From contig OX597819.1 in the NCBI GenBank assembly GCA_951406725.2, positions 65,286,001-65,350,000 on the forward strand: 64,000 nt of DNA, read 5' to 3'. Below the pieces are notes generated by a model. The model saw only the letters and a list, made by a program, of their open reading frames with translations. It was not told where the DNA came from and made no database searches. The DNA comes from Octopus vulgaris. Its lineage: Eukaryota. Below, piece by piece: positions 14,067 through 26,047 of the stretch; position 1 is the stretch's first letter, and every line of letters starts with the position of its first letter. The translations under genes and the position numbers were made by a program.

Positions 14067-15363
14067 TTAAGTAACTTCGGTAGAAAAATTAAGGTAATAT
14101 ACCCATCGAAATAGTAATGTCAGCGCTGATATATTTTCATTAACCATGAAATTGTAATCAATGAAATTTTCTGTTTTTTCATATATTAAAGAAGCTGGCG
14201 GAGAATTTGCATTTAAGTGAAAATCTTCAAGTTCCCTACCAATCCATGTAATTATTACCACCAATAATATGCAACTGTAAGGATATGGCAATAATGTAAA
14301 GCTGAACAGTTCCTGGTACCACAGACCGTCCATGATTCGTTTATAAAAACTCCTCTTTAATGGGATTTTAACTAAAACTTCTATTAAATTATCATTCAAA
14401 TTTGTATTTCGAAAGCGTAGAGCAAAGTAACAAAATCTTGAATTTTTCCCTATTTATAATGAAACGAAGACAGTGCACTATGATAGGGCTGTTGGAACAA
14501 ACTCTTTTGATTACTTAGATGTCGATCTCTCGATTTCATCAGATAATTGTTTTTGTTTCTTCTTCTTCTTCCAATCAGGACTCACGCCATTAACCACAAA
14601 GAATAATCTCTAATTCGAGCCTACTCTAAGCTACTAAGAATGCGTGTGGCAACTTGAAGATCCACCCACCACACGCGATAGCCTGGTGGTTGTACGGGCA
14701 CGAAAGCTACGTTGTTATCCTTATTCCGTAAACGGTGGCTTTTAACGGGTGGAGAGCTGAACCATCCTGGGGTACAGAGAGAATTAGCAATCTAGACTAG
14801 GGTCTGAATGTTTACCCCACCATAGTGGGTTACACCATGGTTCCTCTGCTTAGTGGAAGAAGTAAGATGAAAGAGTGAGAGAAAGTAGTGGTGAAAGGGT
14901 ACAACAGGGTTCACCACCATCCCCGCCGGAGCCTCGTGGAGCCTAGGGGTTTTTGCTCAGTAAACACACACAATGACCGGTCTGTGAATCGAAACTGCAT
15001 TCTTACGACTGCAAGTCCGCTGGCCTAGCCACTGGGCCATTGCGCCTCCACTATTGTTGTTTCTATCATTCTTACTCTTGACATAATCTTGTTTTGTAGT
15101 GCAAGGGCGTGTCACCGAGTATCTGCTTTTTTTTTTGGTCTTTTTTTATAGGGGTTTAGCTACGTTTCTTCATTTTTGCAGATAAATATCTTTAATCATC
15201 ATGACATTTCACCAGAATAACCATACCTAAAACAGCAATTTACAATTTCCCCTCCTTTTCCTTTAATTGCATAATTAATTAATTGATTTATCTACTTACT
15301 TTTGAGAGTGAAGACTCCTAGTCTGTTATCTTTAGCACGTCGACAACCTCGAAATTCATCCAT
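14067..15363 (-). CDS. Tentative two-exon ORF (15363-15300 joined to 14449-14067), ~148 aa, unknown product
   Basis: gccgATGG start. The phase-1 donor A|GTAAGT at 15300/15299 is compatible with acceptor ataaatag|GG at 14449, and the frame is open ~127 codons to TAA. No recognisable domain. Confidence 0.3.
14565..15051 (-). mobile_element. tRNA-derived SINE family C with (GAA)n tail
   Basis: Minus-strand head gtggaggcgcaatggcccagtggctagg...gtttcgattc (A/B boxes). Body shared with 32858-33000. Ends in gaagaagaag. Confidence 0.8.
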
Positions 15364-16610
15364 CGGCTTCTTTATCGAATATTTCTATGTGTTCGTATTT
15401 GCCATTTATCTCTTTGGCTATGTATGCGTTCATTTATTTGTTTTGCTTACTCCAGCACAATATTTAGTAATATATCTATAATAATTAATTTTAGACGTGA
15501 GAAAATTTTAGTATTGTAGACTTTAATTTCAAGTATTTCATTACGTTTTATTAGGTTCAAATTAAATATAACAAGCGAGTTTATTTCTTATATCTGTTTC
15601 ATCAATGATTCATACCATTTAATTATTTCCTTTATTATTTCATTTCAGTTTGATTTACATGTTTTACAACTCTTGAGAAACAGAGAATACTATTAAAAAG
15701 TTCACTGTTATTAACATATCAGTTTGTATGTTTGTACGATGCTAAAAAAAAGAACAACAAATAGTTCGTAATATGCGTGAGGTTCTCTTCTATCGACTCC
15801 GATAATTTAATCGTGGATATCGCCAGTAAAACACAGTAAATCATAAAATACACTTGTTTCAATATTTGTCACAAAGTTAGTAATATCAATGGCAGGAGAG
15901 TTGATTACATTGTTCCCAGTTCTGGTCATATACTTAATAACATCGACCCCAATAGGATGAAAGACAATGCTGAAATTAGGAGGGTATGAACTCAGAACAT
16001 TAATTCAAGAAAGAAATGAAGAAATGACGCTAAAAGATGTAACTTATGCACTTGTAATTAAATCCAGCTGTAGTGGAAATGTATAAAACTTCAGAGTTAA
16101 AAGAGTAAAACTGTAAGTTTGAAGAAAGTGGCGTTGTTTATCCTCAACAAAAATACTGGAATTGTTATTTCGAATACAAGAATGTGAAATGAGGAAATGA
16201 AGGGTTTATTGTAATGATGACGCATGTAGGAACTTAATGGTCTGGAAGGAATTTCTATGCGATTATAGAAAACTGAGCGAAAGCGAGGTGGTTGAGTGCA
16301 AGAAAAGGAAGGGTACTTGAATTGCATCACGTTTAAAGAAGAGAAAGTGAGGGTAGGCAGAAGTTACCTGTTAGCAAGCATGTGGAGGGTAATGAGTTAG
16401 AAGAAAAGGTAGTGAGAAAGTGTAAATAAAAATGAAGATAATGAGAAAACATGCGGGGTAAAAAAAAAAAAAAAAAAATTTTTATGCAGATGAGTATTGG
16501 TACGATTTTACAAACAAAAATGAAAAAAGGATGATCACTTGGAATGAGAGAGGGCCAGGAGTTATTTAATTGGCAAGCAAATAAAACACGACTGAAACAT
16601 ATTTCTCTAG

Positions 16611-17025
16611 GGGCAGGCGCATTGTTTTATAATAAGATTGTCTCCCAACAACATGGTTCAGGATTACGTCCCACTATGTGGCACCTTGGGCAGTTATCTT
16701 CAACTGTACCGTTCGGTCGACCAAACATTTCTGTGGGTTTCGTGGACGTAAACTAGAAGCCCGTCGTATATATATATACATGTATATATCTATGTGCGCG
16801 TGTCTTTGTGTCTGTGTTAACCCCCCCCACACACACACACACTACCGGTTTGCCAACCGGCGTTGGTGTGCTTAAGTTCACGTAACTTAGCGGTTCGGCA
16901 AAATAAAACAATAGAATATGTACTAGACCGTAAAAAATAAATACTGGTTTTGATTCATTCGATAAAAAATCATTCGAGGCGTTGCCCCAGCACGGCCACA
17001 GTCTAATGAGTGGAACAAATAAAAG
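16611..17025 (+). mobile_element. SINE family A (diverged)
   Basis: ggcaccttgggc, gtaacttagcggttcggcaaaa, ccagcacggccacagtctaatga. Confidence 0.85.
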
Positions 17026-17068
17026 ATATATTTATATATTAAATATATGTGAATGGATACGTACATAC

Positions 17069-17198
<130 letters not shown>

Positions 17199-17199
17199 G

Positions 17200-17380
17200 T
17201 GAGAATTTACAAAAAAAAAAAAAGACGAAGACGGGTGTGTAAACAACAAACAGATGTATTAGTTTAGCGCTCGGCAAGTGAGAAAATCTTTTACGTTTCG
17301 AGCCTACGCTCTTCGACAGAACGGAACAGAGAATTAAACAGGGAGAGAAAATAGAAAACGGTTTACTGGCTAGCGATAAG
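17200..17380 (-). mobile_element. TA-adjacent repeat with variant minimal hammerhead (17289-17322); deleted relative at 31855-31980
   Basis: Minus strand ctgtcga-a-GAGC gtag GCTC-GAAACGTA. The core deviates from CUGANGA at A6. Confidence 0.55.
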
Positions 17381-17392
17381 CTATTTACCAAT

Positions 17393-17864
17393 ATAATGTG
17401 GCTGTCCCGAAAGGGACGATGTTACTGTTGTTTTACCCCAAGAAACTTTGTTTCTAGCTGGCTATACAACCAACTACCTGTGTCCGTATATTTTTGAACA
17501 GGGAGATCAGCATTCCCATCAAGCGCAAAGCAACATCTGTGGACTAAATTCTGGGTTATTGCACTTTATCAACAAAGAGTAGCTGCTTTGGCGACAGCCA
17601 CATAATGCTGGCAAATAGCCTTTAGTTTCAAGGACTGTTACTGAATGTCTCTCTTTGAGAGATCTAGAAATAATAATATTTCGATTTTTTGATCAGGGAC
17701 TGTGTGTCACTTTGAAAACTATATGTGCGATCGGTGAATGGACATACTGAGCTCCCTGTTCGAAAATGTAAGGGCACATATATTTGTCGTACAGCCAGCT
17801 AGAAGTGATGTGTCCTCGGGTTAAAACAACAGTAATATCGACCCTTTCGGAGCAGCCATATTAT
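17393..17864. mobile_element. Inverted-terminus element (~80-bp arms) with degenerate internal hammerhead; same family at 28380-28600, 28690-29260, 38460-38745 and 53189-53700
   Basis: Left arm ataatgtggctgtcccgaaagggacgatgttactgttgtttta pairs with right arm taaaacaacagtaatatcgaccctttcggagcagccatattat. Confidence 0.8.
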
Positions 17865-17868
17865 GTTA

Positions 17869-17905
<37 letters not shown>

Positions 17906-18098
17906 CGCAGGCGTACCTATGTGATAATAACTTTGATTTCCATTTGTGGTTCCATGTTCAGAGACCACTGTTTCGTAGCTCTAGCTATAGCCTCGAGCCG
18001 ATTAAAGACTTGTAAGTAAATTTGGTGGATGCAATGTGTGTGTGTCTACATATAATTTTATGTATGCATCTATGTTGGAATATTGATGTGACTGTAAT

Positions 18099-18310
18099 GC
18101 GGCGAGCTAGCAGAAATGTTAGCACGCTGGGCGAAATGCTTTGCGGTATTTGGTCTGTCTTTACGTTCTGAGTTCAAATTCCGCCGAAGTAGACTTTGCC
18201 TCCCATCCTTTCAGGTCAATAAGTTAAGTACCTGTTGCGTCCTAGAGTCGATCTAATCGACTAGCCCCTCCCTCAAAATTTCAGGCTTTGTGCCTACACG
18301 AGAAATTAAT
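18099..18310 (+). mobile_element. SINE family B
   Basis: gcggcgagctagcagaaatgttagcacgctgggcgaaatgc...gttctgagttcaaattccgccga. Many copies in the window. Confidence 0.85.
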
Positions 18311-18749
18311 ATTGATGTAGCTCTGTACAGTGTGCAAATCTTTTTTTATGGATTGTTTCTTTGCTTAAATTTATCTAAAATATGTGCGCCACCTTAATTA
18401 TGACAAGACCAATACCAACATCAATAAATGGTAACTGTAATGGCTGTCATATATCATATAGCATTTTCTACTCAGTGTATTTGATATCTTGCTTTGTTGG
18501 TAGATCGAAATTTATATTTTCGTTGTTAGGGAAGAAGACGGATGACATAGTTAATCAATTTTCTTTTGTTTCTTTTTTGGTGGTAGATTCATGCGACGAA
18601 GTATATTTCTCTTTAAATATGTCAATGCCTTTATGCAAATATATAGATATTCATAAAGGATGTAGTATCGATTTCAGTGTGTGCAAGCAAGCTTCTCTCG
18701 AGTACAGGACTGTATGTAATTGCTTACTTCTATCAACAAACGTTTCTAA

Positions 18750-19183
18750 TTTAATTTCAAGTCCAGCAATTTCAAGGGAGAATGTAAGTCATTTACAGTG
18801 ATCGCTGTGCTCAACTAGTACTTATTTTATAGACCATGAAAGGGCTAATAGTTTAGTCGACCTCTGCGGAATTCGAACACAGAATGTGGACACCGACAAA
18901 ATGCCGCTTAGCATTTTTCTTGGCATGTTAATGATTCTGGCAGCTTTTCAGTTTTATTAGCATATTTATTATTGTTTCGAATTTTGGCAGAAGGGAAGCA
19001 ATTTTGAGGAAGGAGATAGATCACATTGGCCCCTGTGTTCAACTCGTACTAATTTTATGGACCGCGCAAAAGGACAAAAAGCAAAGTTGACGACGGAGGA
19101 ATTTGAACTCAGAACATGAAGACAGACGAGATGACACTAAACATTTTTCCCGGCTCCGTAACAATTCTGCTAGCTCCCCGCCT
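18750..19183 (-). mobile_element. Two tandem SINE family B copies
   Basis: cggaattcgaacacagaa at ~18867 and ggaatttgaactcagaac at ~19098. The head ends at ctgctagctccccgcc. Confidence 0.8.
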
Positions 19184-19194
19184 TTGATAATATA

Positions 19195-19407
19195 CAATAA
19201 TCCCTCGCTGTATCACGGTTCATCTCTCGCACTTTATTAGTTAAGCTTACGTCAATTTCTCCGTGTTTTTTTGGGTTTTTCTTGCATTAAAATAAAAAAA
19301 GCAATAATAAAAATATATACCGTACAGTTCTGTTTCTACTGCGCGGATTTTCCCCTATCACGGTGGGGTTTTCGAGCGTAACACATGCGATAATCGTGGG
19401 ACTACTG
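19195..19407. mobile_element. Tigger/pogo-like MITE
   Basis: TA-caataatccctcgctgtatcacg ... cgataatcgtgggactactg-TA: imperfect TIRs with TA TSD. Confidence 0.7.
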
Positions 19408-21194
19408 TATTAGCATTAACACTTTAGTAACATTGTTTCTGTGATTTCTTATTTGTGCCCTTTACATGCAATCAGTTTTAATGTAGTATATATATTTCTA
19501 ATTCCATTAATATTGCTTTGAGTCAAAATGAGACTATAGTATGCATGCAATTGAATCCATGGGACTTATTTATGAGCCCTTGCCATTGAAATCTTGAAGG
19601 TGACACGAATTCTATGATACAGAAGAAAATTACGTATAAGTGGGAGTATGCGTTCATGCGTGTGTGTTATAAAGAGAGAAAGAGTGTGAGTGAGAGAGAG
19701 ACAGAGGGAGAGACAGAGAGAGAGAGAGAGAGGTGTGAGAGATAAATAGATAGATAGATAGACAAATATATAGATAGTTAAATATATAGAGATAAGTAGA
19801 TAGATAGATAGATAAATAGATAGGTAGACATAGATAAATAAATAAATTGACAGACAGACAGACATATAGATAGATAGATTCCTCCAATGATGGAATAGAT
19901 CGAAACTATAAGGTTGACTGTTGATCAGCTGCAGGGAAACGCCCCTTCTGCACATCCGTACCTGAAGCGACTGTAGGAGACTGCATACCCCCCTCCTTCC
20001 CGTTTTCTTCTCACACATCTTTGGATTCTAAATACGATAACCAGCGTTAAGTAATACTAATAATTACTACTTACCGTATAATGGCTCCCTCAGAATAGTA
20101 GCAAACACCATAACTTTTATGAACCTTCCACAATTGATTCTTTATCGACCTCTTTTGATCGATATTCCTGTAACAATTCTGCCCTCATGTTTCAATACAT
20201 GATCGTTCTAATTTGACTCGAGACAATTTGTTAGTATTTATATAAATATGAATATTTTTCTCATGCGTGCGTACATGTGTGTATTATTGTGTGTGAGTGT
20301 GTGCGTTGTGTTTGTGTGTATGTGTGTGTGTGCATACATGTATGTATGTATTTACGTATGTTTCTATGCATAGAGTGTTTTTGGCGTTAACTTTGACAGA
20401 TTGCATAAAAAGAAATAAAAACACAATATTGTTATATTTCCTGCCGGTCATTTTTTTTATTTTTATTTTGCCAAATAAACACTCACACTATATTGTATAT
20501 TTACTCATTTATTGATGATCTTATTTTATCTTATATTATTTATCTTATATTATTAATGTCTGGCAACATTTCGTCACATATCTGTTACCTCTTCAGCAGC
20601 TTTACGTGTATCCTCCTGTTCCGCCTACTAAATTCCCAAAATAGAAGATCCTTTCACAAAATAATTCTTTTAAAAATCCAAAATAAGCTTGGCGTAAGCA
20701 GTTCACCTAAAGCAGTAGTCTCGCCTTCCACTACGTTCTCAAACCGGATCCAAAATGTGGTGCATGCATCCCTCACCGTGTCCCTGACAAGACGTCCTTC
20801 TCGTTGGCCACTATCCCAAAAATTGGGGTTAAAGTGAGAGGCTGGTGTCCTTTTCAATCACGCTCCATACTTAATAATGTGATTACCGTTAGAGGAATTA
20901 GGGAGCCAGAAATTCAACCTGGTGAAATTCAATGACAACCAGTTATGTCGTTTTCGGAATAACTACAAAGAGCTGATCCTGCTGCCACACATAGAGTCTT
21001 ACATCAGCTACTCCTACATCTCTAGTTTGACCACAGTCTCCAGTAGCTTCACCTAATCGTCTATTTTCAGCGTAAGGCCCAGATCATTTTAGTGTAGAGC
21101 GCCGAGGACTATTCACTAATACATCTTCCTGCACCTAAGAATAAGAGAAATCCGAAATCGCCATTTTACCCCGAACGTCATTAATATACATATA

Positions 21195-21353
21195 CGGCTG
21201 TGTGGTAAGTGGCTTGTGTACCAACCACATGTTTACGGGTTCCGTCCCACTGCGTGTCACCTTGGGTAAGTGTCTTCTATTACAGCCACGATCCAACCAA
21301 AGCCTTGTGAGTAGAATTGGTAGACGGAAACTGAAAGAAGCACATCGTATATT

Positions 21354-21390
<37 letters not shown>

Positions 21391-21583
21391 TTGTTTGTTC
21401 TCCCAACATCGCCTGACAACCGATGGTGGCGTGCGTACGCCTCCGTAACCTAGCGGTTCGGCAAAGAGACCGATAGAGTAAGTACTAGGCTTACAAAGAA
21501 TAAGTCGATTTGCTCGACTTCTGGCGGTGCCCCAGCATGGCCGCAGTCTAATGACTGAAACAAGTAAAAGAGAGTAAAAGAGA
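21195..21583 (+). mobile_element. SINE family A with internal (TA)n(TG)n
   Basis: Near-complete copy matching 62455-62880. Confidence 0.9.
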
Positions 21584-21593
21584 ATATATATAA

Positions 21594-21626
<33 letters not shown>

Positions 21627-21627
<1 letters not shown>

Positions 21628-21917
21628 TCAAAATAAGCAACAAGAATGACTCCGCTAATTTGGTACGATCGTTTCGTACTACATCATTTTATTGAATGTT
21701 GTAAGTATTACAACAGATTACAACATGATACTTACAACATTTAATAAAATTATGTAGTACGAAACGATCGTACTAAATTACCGGAATCATTCTTGCTGCT
21801 TATTTTGATTATAATCACCCCACTGATTTTTATGGATAATACCATACAAAATTCTGGTGCATCTAAATTAAGTACCATATTCGTTTGAATCTAAATTTTG
21901 CTGAACTTATATAAATA

Positions 21918-21920
<3 letters not shown>
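21627..21920. mobile_element. Foldback element (arms 21627-21710 and 21727-21808) holding the 3' half of a hammerhead
   Basis: ~83-bp inverted arms with about 7 mismatches and a 16-nt spacer. GAAACGATCGTA gives a palindromic helix III. No CTGANGA box present. Confidence 0.8.
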
Positions 21921-22002
<82 letters not shown>

Positions 22003-22019
22003 GCCTGAATGTTTCCCTT

Positions 22020-22584
22020 GTTAACAATTAACACAGAAAAAATAGATCAATAGTTACCAGGGTAGCAAAAAATCACACAAGTAAAAGGGTTGTAGCTCCT
22101 TGTTTTTACAAGGTTCACATGAAATATTTCGTATAATATATATAAATAACAGGAGTTAAACGAAGGTGTTATTCAAATTCTTTTACTTCCGACACATGTT
22201 TCGAAGTTATCACTGGTGATATTCCAAAGGAATAAAATGGTGTAAAACAATGTAATCTTCTCTTCAGGGAAATGAAGAAATGAAACTCATATACATATTG
22301 TATTTATTAGACTTCCTTTCCTTTATCCATCCTCTTTTTATAGGCTACCTCTCATGCTATATCCCATAACGCTTTTTTTAAACAATCTGAATACGTTCAG
22401 AAAATCACTATACATATCCATCATTTTTGATTAAAATGTCTTATTGACGAGTTTCGTTTCTTCACTTCCCTGAAGAGAAGACTACATTGTTTTACCTCAT
22501 TTTATTCCTTTGGAATGATACCAGTGATATCTTCGAAACATGTGTCTAAAGTAAAAGGATTTGAATAAGAGCTGCATTTAACTC

Positions 22585-22588
<4 letters not shown>
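22020..22588. mobile_element. Foldback element with hammerhead-bearing inverted arms 22151-22289 and 22449-22588
   Basis: ~140-bp reverse-complement arms with a 160-bp spacer, flanked by (GA)n/(TA)n. Confidence 0.85.
22185..22273 (-). ncRNA. Type I hammerhead ribozyme with long helix II
   Basis: ATTTCC-CTGAAGA-GAAG...CTTC-GAAACATGTGTC^-GGAAGT. The plus-strand copy at 22464-22552 has a mismatched helix I. Confidence 0.8.
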
Positions 22589-22643
<55 letters not shown>

Positions 22644-22725
22644 TCATATATGTCTCTCTTTGTATCTATGTATGTATTTATTTATCTATGTATGTATTTA
22701 TTTACCCCCGTCTCTCTCTCTCTCT

Positions 22726-22796
<71 letters not shown>

Positions 22797-23744
22797 TTAG
22801 TGCTTTTATTAGTGTACTGTTGAAGTACAAATGTAATCTAATAAATCGATTAGTTGTATTTCTTGTCAGTATGTGTAAAATACGCTACGTTAAATTTCAT
22901 TAACGCTACAGTTATATATTAGGAACTTCATTTTGTAGCTTATTGATGCAGTTTGGAATATATATGCAGCTGTTTGTGAGAATTAGGTTTGGATGATATA
23001 TACGTGTGAGAGAGTAATTTGTTGAACTTAATGCAGTTTATTATATATAATATTATTCGTTTAATATTGTGATTATGTAAAGTATAATATATTGATAAAA
23101 AATGCATTAACTAAAACAAATAATTTTAATAATAGATGAAGACGAAGACAAAATAATTCGCAATAAAAATAAATTCCGCAGAAGTAATACGGCAACGATG
23201 AGAAAAGAGAAAAATTAACAACACCAACAACACCTGGACTCGGAACAGTTCAATAAATAACTATAGAAAAGATAATTACAAAGGGAGCAAAAACGTTAAC
23301 GTATTATAAATATGTCTGTGTTCATTTTCTGTGTACAATAGAGCACAAAATATAGGCTTTGGAGTCGTAACTAAATTGCTTTTGTTATTCGCTCCGGCTC
23401 TAAATCAAGCTGATAGAAATTTCTCGAGGTATGCTGTGGAATTTCTATTTTGGATATATTTGGGGTAATTAAGTGTGCTCATGACTTAGTGTTTACTTCT
23501 TCCATGGGTACAAGTAAGTATCTCATATATTTTCTTATCGTATTTATCGCTGATGACGAGAAAATTCTAAATGAATTAACTCAGAAATTGGGACCGATCC
23601 AATAATAACGAATTTTTTTAGAAATTTCTATCGGCTTGCTTTCGAGACACGTGCTTATAGTGATAAATTATATGGTTATTCACGATTAAGTCTATTTCGG
23701 CATATTTGGTATTGAATTTTTTTCTTTTGCCCATGTTTATAAGT

Positions 23745-23805
<61 letters not shown>

Positions 23806-23806
23806 T

Positions 23807-24290
23807 TTTATATTATATTGAGGGTACTACTATTCGTAGATACCAACACGCTATGAGGGACCAATGCGGTCAAAACTACTAAAAATAAACAAAATTTTAC
23901 CGAATGCAAAAACTTCAAAACACATCATTTTAAAAAAGAATTCAGTTACATATCACATGTGATTTCGCATTTAATGCAGATTATGCATTTCATGTTCATC
24001 AGTGCAACAAACATTAAATGCGAAATTACATGTGATATGTAACTGAATTCTTTTTTAAAATGATGTGTTTTGAAGTTTTTGCATTCGGTAAAATTTTGTT
24101 TATTTTTAGTAGTTTTGACCGCATTGGTCCCTCTTAGCGTGTTGGTATCTACGAATAGTAGTACCCTCAATATAATATAAATGAATATTTTCAAAGAGGA
24201 AAAATTTACGGATTTTTTCTCTTATGAGGTTTTTCACGCTGACTACTGATAATTTCTTTTAAAGATTTTATCCTCAATTGTTAATTTATG
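23807..24290. mobile_element. Foldback element, 170-bp near-perfect arms 23807-23976 and 24012-24181
   Basis: Reverse-complement arms with a 35-nt spacer. The right arm continues ~110 bp further. The left end abuts (TA)n. Confidence 0.9.
23945..24008 (-). ncRNA. Type I hammerhead ribozyme
   Basis: GTTGCA-CTGATGA-aCAT...ATGc-GAAATCAC at GTGATA^-TGTAAC. Helix III is palindromic (ATCACATGTGAT) with an AUA triplet. Confidence 0.8.
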
Positions 24291-24296
24291 TATATA

Positions 24297-24800
24297 TCTA
24301 TATATATAAAACTCTAGTTGTGTGAGTGTCTGTCCCCTTCGATTTAGATTCCTAACTCCTCCCACATTTTGCGGTGCAGTTTAACCAAATTCGGGTATCT
24401 TATAGTCGTGATTCATATCGAGCCCGTCTGACTATTAGCGCGCGTCAACGATGAGTCTACGATTTTAAAAATAATTTAACATCATTTTTTATTCCATTTT
24501 AATGCATAAAATGCATCGTGTGTCGATGGCGGCGGAGTTGGCGTCCACGCTCACAGTTGCACCTGTTTGCTTCTCCCCCTTCCCTCCTCGTGAAGCTGTG
24601 GGGAAGGGAGTGTAAAGAAATCAACGGCGTAAAGCGTTGTGAAGGAAACCAACGTTCTTTTAGAACAACGACTTCATGGCTTGAAGACACCAAAACAAAA
24701 ATGGCTAAGAAAGCCCGAATTTATAAGGGAAGTAACTCTCTAAAAATGCTTATATAGTTATTTCCCTTACAAACCCGAGCAACGCCGGGCGATACTGCTA

Positions 24801-24801
<1 letters not shown>
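24297..24801 (+). mobile_element. Non-autonomous Helitron
   Basis: Starts A|TCTATATATATAAAA, has subterminal hairpin cccg-agcaacgc-cggg, ends CTAG|T. Inserted at AT with no TSD. Confidence 0.85.
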
Positions 24802-24849
<48 letters not shown>

Positions 24850-25081
24850 ACATCAGGGAAATAAAAATTTTAGAAATTTTTACTACCAATGGCTTAGTGT
24901 GTAGAAAAATTTGTGAATAGACTATATATTATTCATATAAATACAGTGTACATTTAAACACATAAGAGGTATCCGATACAGGATTCCTAGCACGATAGAA
25001 AGAACTGCTAAAATCCAAACAACTATTAGGGAAAAATTTTGGAGGGAAGGAAAAATACGAACATTTACCATCTATTTGAAC

Positions 25082-25112
<31 letters not shown>

Positions 25113-26047
25113 CATGAACACGCACATACACACATATATGCATATATATACACGCACATGTATAGATATGGTGAGATATACACGTTCAATTTCATAATTT
25201 GATCGTTTTTTCGATGTCTCCAAAATAAACACATGCTCACATGTTCTCACTATATCTGCGTATGTTGTGTATGTATGTATGCATGTATGCGCATGCGTGT
25301 TTTTGTGTTCGTTTACGAATACCTGTATCTTTATATATTAAAATCTAACATAGTTAAACTCTAGCAAAACGTTGTTCAAAATTCTCTATCTTATTATCAG
25401 TTATATTTAACCACATCATCGACCAAGAAGTACTTCACCGCGAACAACGACAACAATATATGCACACAGTGGCTTCGATTTTTTATTTTTATTTTTATCT
25501 TCTTCCTCATTTTGTTAACAGCGTGATCGTAGCTCTGTTCCGTTTGTCTTTGTTCTCAATTGCCCAAAATATCAGTCGGCCAGAACAAACTTGCTATTCT
25601 AAATACGTACAATGGAATCGAATTATTCCTGTCTAAGAAGAAATAGATTCTATGGAAATCTTTCACTAGGTCAGCACCATATCAAGATCCGTGGTCATAT
25701 GGTTATTGTTATGAACCAAGCAAACTAGCAAATTTCAAACTCAACCGGATATACTGAAACAGCATACGCACTAATTGTCACATAAATATAGAAAAGATCA
25801 CATACATGTATATACATGCATGCATAGATACACACATACATACAGAAATGCACGCATAGTTATCTAAATACATACAAGCATAAATGGAATACGCGTGTTT
25901 ACGTATATTTCTATGGTTACATGTATCTGTATGTATGTTGAGATACCTCTGAGTCTTCGGGCGCATGTATATAATTCACCCAATAATTAGCCGCTTCTCC
26001 CTTCAGTTCACATGTATCTGAATATATATATATATGTACATATATAC

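Noticed and set aside
20493-21130. GC-richer segment with ORFs, possible Penelope GIY-YIG remnant
   Set aside because: No diagnostic GIY/YIG or RT motif could be read; only a degenerate HHR near 20556-20600.
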